From Candidatus Planktophila sp. (lineage in GTDB: Bacteria; Actinomycetota; Actinomycetes; Nanopelagicales; Nanopelagicaceae): a stretch of DNA of 64,000 bases. The stretch is taken from assembly GCA_030649935.1 (NCBI GenBank), contig JAUSFN010000031.1, positions 6,623 to 70,622 of the forward strand, read 5' to 3'. Positions 59,198 to 64,000 of the stretch are shown piece after piece (the stretch's first letter is position 1; each line of letters starts with the position of its first letter). Below the pieces are notes generated by a model. The model saw only the letters and a list, made by a program, of their open reading frames with translations, was not told the origin of the DNA and made no database searches. Position numbers and translations under genes: made by a program.

Positions 59198-60269
59198 GGG
59201 CCTGGGCTACAGCTTCGTAGTAAACCTGACCATTATGAACATTTAGTCCCTTTGCAAGATTGGAATCTTTTTCACATGCGGTTTTCCAGCCATATTTAGC
59301 GATGGATAAGGCATATGGCAACGTTGCATTGGTGAGAGCGTAGGTGGAAGTTACTGGTACTGCGCCTGGCATATTTGCAACGCAATAGAAAACCGATCCA
59401 TGCACAGGGAATGTTGGATCTGCATGTGTTGTTGGACGACTATCTTCAAAACATCCGCCCTGATCAATTGCGATATCGACTAATACTGAACCCTTCTTCA
59501 TTGTTTTAACTAATGCGTTAGAAATTAATTTTGGTGCTTTAGCACCGTGGATAAGAACGGCGCCAATTACTAAATCAGCGGTGCGTACCTCACGTTCAAT
59601 TGCATGTAGTGAAGAAATGAGCGTTTTAATTCTTCCATTGTAAGCAGAATCAATGTACTGCAAACGAGAAATGGAGCGATCTAAAATCGTGACATCTGCG
59701 CCAAGCCCAATTGCCATAACGGCTGCATTCAAACCGGCCGTTCCTCCCCCAATGACAACTACATGGGCAGGCGCGACTCCAGGCACGCCGCCAAGTAGAA
59801 CTCCGCGGCCACCGTTAGGCCGTTGCAAAGTGCTTGCCCCTACTTGGGTAGCTAATCGTCCAGCGACCTCACTCATAGGTGAAAGCAATGGAAGTGTGCC
59901 ATTTACTTCTACGGTCTCATATGCAATGGCCGTGATCTTGCTAGCAATTAAAGCCTCAGTGCACGTGCGAGATGCCGCCAAATGGAGATAAGTAAAGAGA
60001 GTTTGATCTTGATGCATTTTCAAATACTCAGCTTCAATCGGCTCTTTCACCTTGAGAACTAAATCAGCAGAACTCCACACCCCATCGCTATCGTTAACAA
60101 TTTTTGCACCGGCTGCCATGAAATCCTCATTGAGAATAGCAGAGCCCACACCCGCCCCATCTTCGATAATTACCGAATGACCTGCGGACACAAACTCACT
60201 TACACCCTCGGGAGTAATTGCAACGCGAGACTCATGAACTTTGATCTCTTTCGGTACTCCAACAATCAT
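59172..60269 (-). CDS. ald: alanine dehydrogenase
   Basis: MIVGVPKEIKVHESRVA N-terminus and NAD motif VVVIGGGTAGLNAA. Confidence 0.94.
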   Translation of the reverse strand: MIVGVPKEIKVHESRVAITPEGVSEFVSAGHSVIIEDGAGVGSAILNEDFMAAGAKIVNDSDGVWSSADLVLKVKEPIEAEYLKMHQDQTLFTYLHLAASRTCTEALIASKITAIAYETVEVNGTLPLLSPMSEVAGRLATQVGASTLQRPNGGRGVLLGGVPGVAPAHVVVIGGGTAGLNAAVMAIGLGADVTILDRSISRLQYIDSAYNGRIKTLISSLHAIEREVRTADLVIGAVLIHGAKAPKLISNALVKTMKKGSVLVDIAIDQGGCFEDSRPTTHADPTFPVHGSVFYCVANMPGAVPVTSTYALTNATLPYALSIAKYGWKTACEKDSNLAKGLNVHNGQVYYEAVAQAHGYEYVKF

Positions 60270-60274
60270 ATAAA

Positions 60275-61906
60275 TTAACCTTTCGCCGCTACCGCCGCTG
60301 CGATCAATCCAACAAAGAGTGGATGAGGTCGAGTTGGGCGAGATCGAAGCTCTGGATGAGCTTGCGTACCTATGTAGTAAGGATGCACCTCTTTAGGAAG
60401 TTCTACAAATTCGACTAAATCAAGCTCCTTGTAGAAGCCAGAAAAGAGGAGACCCGCTGCCGATATCTGATCACGGAACTTATTGTTGACTTCATAACGA
60501 TGACGATGGCGTTCAGAGATTTCATCGGCTGCGTAAATAGTGGCCACCATAGAACCCGCAACGAGATCTGCCCTGTAGAGACCTAAGCGCATGGTTCCGC
60601 CCATATCTTGATTACCCGCAACGATATCTCTTTGGTTCTCCATAGTTGCAATTACTGGAGTTCCGGAATCTGAAAACTCCGCTGAATTAGCATCAGTGAT
60701 TCCAGCTAAGTTACGTGCAGCTTCAATGACCATGCACTGCAAACCAAGACATAGACCCAGTGTTGGAATTCTATTTTCGCGCGCATATTTGAGCGCGCCG
60801 ACTTTTCCTTCGATCCCCCGGATGCCAAAACCACCTGGAACACAAATAGCATCAACGGTACTCAAATTCTTTGCCGCACCTTCAGCGCTTTCGCACTCAT
60901 CACTTGCAATCCACACAATCTCAATCTTTGCTTCATTAGCAAAGCCACCTGCACGCAAAGCCTCTGAAACCGAAAGGTAGGCATCGGGTAGATCTATGTA
61001 CTTACCGACTAAACCAATTCGGACATGATGTTTAGGGTGATGTACTTTTTCAAGTAAATCATCCCAATCACCCCACACCACCTCATGGCACTCCAAACCT
61101 AAACGTTTAACTACATAGGCATCTAAACCTTCAGCGTGAAGTACTTTCGGGATGTCATAAATTGATGGGGCATCAACGGCGGCCACAACGGCAGCTAAAT
61201 CAACGTCACACATCAGGGAGATCTTCTTTTTAACCGACAATGGAATAGCTCGATCTGAGCGAAGCACTATGGCATCGGGTGCAATACCAATACTTCGCAA
61301 AGCAACAACTGAGTGTTGTGTCGGCTTAGTTTTCAACTCACCCGATGGACCAATATACGGAACCAGTGAGACGTGCAGATAAAAAACGTTGTCACGACCC
61401 ACCTCTTGGCGAATCTGCCGAGCCGCCTCTAAGAAAGGTTGAGATTCAATATCTCCAACAGTTCCACCAATTTCTGTAATCACAATATCAATATCAGGTG
61501 CGGCCATTGCACGGATTCGCTCTTTAATCTCATTTGTAATGTGTGGAATAACTTGAACGGTTTCACCCAAATACTCACCGCGACGCTCTCTGGCTATAAC
61601 GCGTGAATAAACTTGGCCCGTTGTGACATTTGCCGAACCATGCAGATTAGTATCTAAGAAGCGTTCATAATGCCCGATATCTAAATCAGTTTCTGCGCCA
61701 TCATCGGTGACAAAAACCTCACCATGTTGGAAGGGATTCATCGTTCCAGGATCCACATTTAAATATGGATCCAGCTTCTGCATCGTAACGCGAAGACCCC
61801 GGGCTACTAACAAGCGTCCAAGAGATGAGGCGGTAAGTCCTTTACCAAGAGATGAGGCGACTCCGCCAGTTACAAAGAGGTGTTTCGTCACATGTTGCTG
61901 GCCCAT
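60275..61906 (-). CDS. pyrG: CTP synthase
   Basis: [16 protein letters not shown] and the GATase motif GLCLGLQ with HRHRYE. Start taken at ATG 61906; the ORF track start is 61924. Confidence 0.96.
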   Translation of the reverse strand: MGQQHVTKHLFVTGGVASSLGKGLTASSLGRLLVARGLRVTMQKLDPYLNVDPGTMNPFQHGEVFVTDDGAETDLDIGHYERFLDTNLHGSANVTTGQVYSRVIARERRGEYLGETVQVIPHITNEIKERIRAMAAPDIDIVITEIGGTVGDIESQPFLEAARQIRQEVGRDNVFYLHVSLVPYIGPSGELKTKPTQHSVVALRSIGIAPDAIVLRSDRAIPLSVKKKISLMCDVDLAAVVAAVDAPSIYDIPKVLHAEGLDAYVVKRLGLECHEVVWGDWDDLLEKVHHPKHHVRIGLVGKYIDLPDAYLSVSEALRAGGFANEAKIEIVWIASDECESAEGAAKNLSTVDAICVPGGFGIRGIEGKVGALKYARENRIPTLGLCLGLQCMVIEAARNLAGITDANSAEFSDSGTPVIATMENQRDIVAGNQDMGGTMRLGLYRADLVAGSMVATIYAADEISERHRHRYEVNNKFRDQISAAGLLFSGFYKELDLVEFVELPKEVHPYYIGTQAHPELRSRPTRPHPLFVGLIAAAVAAKG

Positions 61907-61938
61907 GGGAGTCGAACCTATCACTTTTTTAACTGCTT

Positions 61939-63660
61939 CTAATCCATCTTTAACGATAATAGTTCGGTGGCGTGTTCACGCGCGCTCACGGAGTTTTCCA
62001 AGCCCGCTAGCATCCGCGCAAGCTCCTCAATGCGATCTGCACCAACAACTCTTCGAACATCACTTTGACCCACAGAGCCATTTGAATCCTTAGTAACTAC
62101 GAAATGCGAGTCTGCCCACGCAGCTACTTGAGGCAGATGCGTGACAACAACAACTTGGGCGTGGCGAGAAAGTGAATGAAGTCGACGACCTACTTCAATT
62201 GCCGCCTTGCCCCCAACGCCAGCATCGACTTCATCAAATATGTATGTACCTACTGGATGCGTTGCCGCGATGACAACTTCCAAAGCTAACATTACGCGTG
62301 ACATTTCACCGCCACTTGCCCCTTTTGCAATTGAGACTAGAGGCGCATCTTGGTGAGCCGATATAAACATCGAAACCTCATCGCAGCCGAATGCAGTGAA
62401 CCCACTTTCCTTCAAAGCGGCGTAATCAACGCTTTCAATTTTTACATAGAAAGCTGCGTGTGGCATCGATAGCGCCTGCATTTCAACGGTGACAGCCGAA
62501 CTCAATTTTTCACCAGCTAATTTTCGAACTTCAGAGAGCGATTTAGCCGCAATGACAAGCTGTTTTTTAATTCCAACTAACTCGGTTTCCATCTCCTTTA
62601 GGCGATTATCACCTCCCTCTAAATCAGCTATTTCATTTTCAGAGGATTTATAGCGTGCAAGCAGCCCATCGGCTTCAGATGCAATCTCGTTGCTTCCACC
62701 AAATTTCTTCACCAGCGCATGAATTTCTGCCCTTCTAGCCTGTAAGTAATCCAATTGATGTGGATCGGCCTCTAAGGAGGCCAAGTAGCTAGCAAGTGCG
62801 CCCCCTGCATCTTCAATGAGATAAAAGCCCTCGCTTAACTGGGCATAGATTGCTTCTAGTGCAGCATCCTTGCTTCGGGCGCTCTCCAGCGCCCTTCTGG
62901 CTACTCCCACCGAAGTTAACGCTCCAACTTCATCCCCATCAATGGCGCTCAAAGCAGATGCGCCGGCGATGCGAAGCTCTTCCACGCTAGATAGGCGATC
63001 AATATCTGAATTAATCTCTGGATACTCACCATGTTTGAGTTTGAGTGTTGTGAGCGCTAAGACAAATTCCCGTAAGGTTTTAAGCTCTTGATCGGCTCGT
63101 TCAATACTCTTTCGAAGAGCAGTGATTCTAGTTTTTAAAGCGTGATACTGCGTCAAAACCTTAGAGTACTCGGCGAAGGTAACTTCAAACTCACCACCTG
63201 CAAATTTATCTAATAAATCGCGTTGCTTTGAAGTTTTACTAATATTTATATTTGCCGCCTGCGCATGGACTTCAACTATTAACTCACTCATTGAACTGAG
63301 AGTATTAGTAGTCACGGATATTCCATTGCATGTCGCTTTACTCTTGCCATCGGCGCTAACGGAGCGAGTAATGATGAGCGCGCTATCTTCGACTACAACT
63401 CCACAATTTTCAAAAACCCCAATTTGATCGGCAGGGATAGAAAACTTTCCGCTTGCCACTAATCTCTCGCTACCTTTTCTCACTAAAGCGCTATCGCTCT
63501 TACCGCCTAAAATCAGGTTGAGCGCCGTTAAAATCATTGTTTTACCTGCGCCAGTTTCGCCGGTTAAAACCGTTAAACCTTTAGATATTTCCAGCGTTGC
63601 TTGATCAATGACACCGATGGAACGGATCGTTATCTCATCAAGAAAAGTTCGATCACTCAC
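61939..63660 (-). CDS. recN: DNA repair protein RecN
   Basis: Walker [11 protein letters not shown], long coiled-coil, [12 protein letters not shown] and [14 protein letters not shown] 63660 overlaps the nadK stop by 8 nt; the ORF track start is 63696. Confidence 0.93.
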   Translation of the reverse strand: MSDRTFLDEITIRSIGVIDQATLEISKGLTVLTGETGAGKTMILTALNLILGGKSDSALVRKGSERLVASGKFSIPADQIGVFENCGVVVEDSALIITRSVSADGKSKATCNGISVTTNTLSSMSELIVEVHAQAANINISKTSKQRDLLDKFAGGEFEVTFAEYSKVLTQYHALKTRITALRKSIERADQELKTLREFVLALTTLKLKHGEYPEINSDIDRLSSVEELRIAGASALSAIDGDEVGALTSVGVARRALESARSKDAALEAIYAQLSEGFYLIEDAGGALASYLASLEADPHQLDYLQARRAEIHALVKKFGGSNEIASEADGLLARYKSSENEIADLEGGDNRLKEMETELVGIKKQLVIAAKSLSEVRKLAGEKLSSAVTVEMQALSMPHAAFYVKIESVDYAALKESGFTAFGCDEVSMFISAHQDAPLVSIAKGASGGEMSRVMLALEVVIAATHPVGTYIFDEVDAGVGGKAAIEVGRRLHSLSRHAQVVVVTHLPQVAAWADSHFVVTKDSNGSVGQSDVRRVVGADRIEELARMLAGLENSVSAREHATELLSLKMD

Positions 63661-64000
63661 CGCGCCAGCCCTGTATTGGTAATTTGAACTTTGCAACTAA
63701 ACGATCGCTAAAAGATGTATTGGTTAAATGAGCTAACTGAACAACCTCTGAATCTTTTGAAATATGCACCCGATCACCTTGGAGTAATTCAAAGTTTCGC
63801 AGTGAATCGGCTGATAGAAGTGCCCCCACTGAATCAATACGTACAACAATCTGCGAAAGTGTAGATATAACAAGCGGACGAGAAAAAAGAGCATGCGCAG
63901 AAATTGGAAGTACCACTAAAGCATCGACTTCAGGCCAGACCACGGGGCCTCCGGCAGAGAATGCATATGCCGTTGAGCCAGTTGGTGTTGAACAGATTAA
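63653..64000 (-). CDS. nadK: NAD kinase (N-terminal part lies beyond the window edge)
   Basis: The frame is open to nt 64000. It reads LICSTPTGSTAYAFSAGGPVVWPEVDALVVLPISAHALFSRPLV, the NAD kinase signature. Confidence 0.9.
   Translation of the reverse strand, partial: LICSTPTGSTAYAFSAGGPVVWPEVDALVVLPISAHALFSRPLVISTLSQIVVRIDSVGALLSADSLRNFELLQGDRVHISKDSEVVQLAHLTNTSFSDRLVAKFKLPIQGWRGE

Noticed and set aside
1-64000. A scan for CRISPR arrays, IS elements or transposases, prophage genes, restriction-modification, toxin-antitoxin pairs, retrons or other defence modules.
   Set aside because: No regularly spaced direct repeats, no transposase/integrase/reverse-transcriptase-like ORFs and no small paired ORFs typical of TA systems were seen. 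The window is essentially core chromosome.

Overview
This 64 kb window looks like core chromosome from a streamlined, AT-leaning actinobacterium. Spot counts suggest roughly low-to-mid 40s % GC, which I did not compute. The taxonomic call is an inference from marker genes and gene order: mihF, garA/odhI, ftsR, pafBC, mshC, the tatA-tatC-helY block and scpAB-rluB-cmk/der. I can support about 65 protein genes (two truncated at the window edges) and one tRNA-Leu(GAG). Coding is very dense, with many ATGA/GTGA start-stop overlaps and three convergent gene pairs that share a TTAA stop overlap. The content is almost entirely housekeeping: pyrimidine synthesis, coaBC-metK-priA, def-fmt-rsmB-rpe, hisEG, serB, nucleobase salvage, a mycothiol ligase neighbourhood, pafBC, Tat, helY, lnt, the glycine cleavage genes gcvP and gcvH, cmk-der, tyrA/aroH, scpAB, xerD, ald, pyrG, recN and nadK. 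I see no transposase, integrase, CRISPR array, restriction-modification gene or recognisable defence gene, and no clear multi-gene novel system. The observations most worth follow-up are: (1) a very good 28-bp dif-like XerCD site at the lnt/gcvP convergence, exactly where coding-strand bias flips, implying the replication terminus; (2) a 270-bp AT-rich intergenic segment packed with TGTCGNTAT-type motifs and perfect palindromes upstream of aroH; (3) a ParA-like ATPase translationally coupled to a small RHH-like protein beside scpAB/xerD near the terminus; (4) clean absence of arc-dop-pup-prcBA-pafA between trmI and pafB, while pafBC and a PAC2 protein remain; (5) in-frame fusions mihF-gmk and cmk-der; (6) an uncharacterised conserved trio next to mshC; (7) a secreted tandem-repeat protein with poly-Asp and (KPA)n tails. 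All functional calls come from reading the translated ORFs and motifs by eye. No searches were run.
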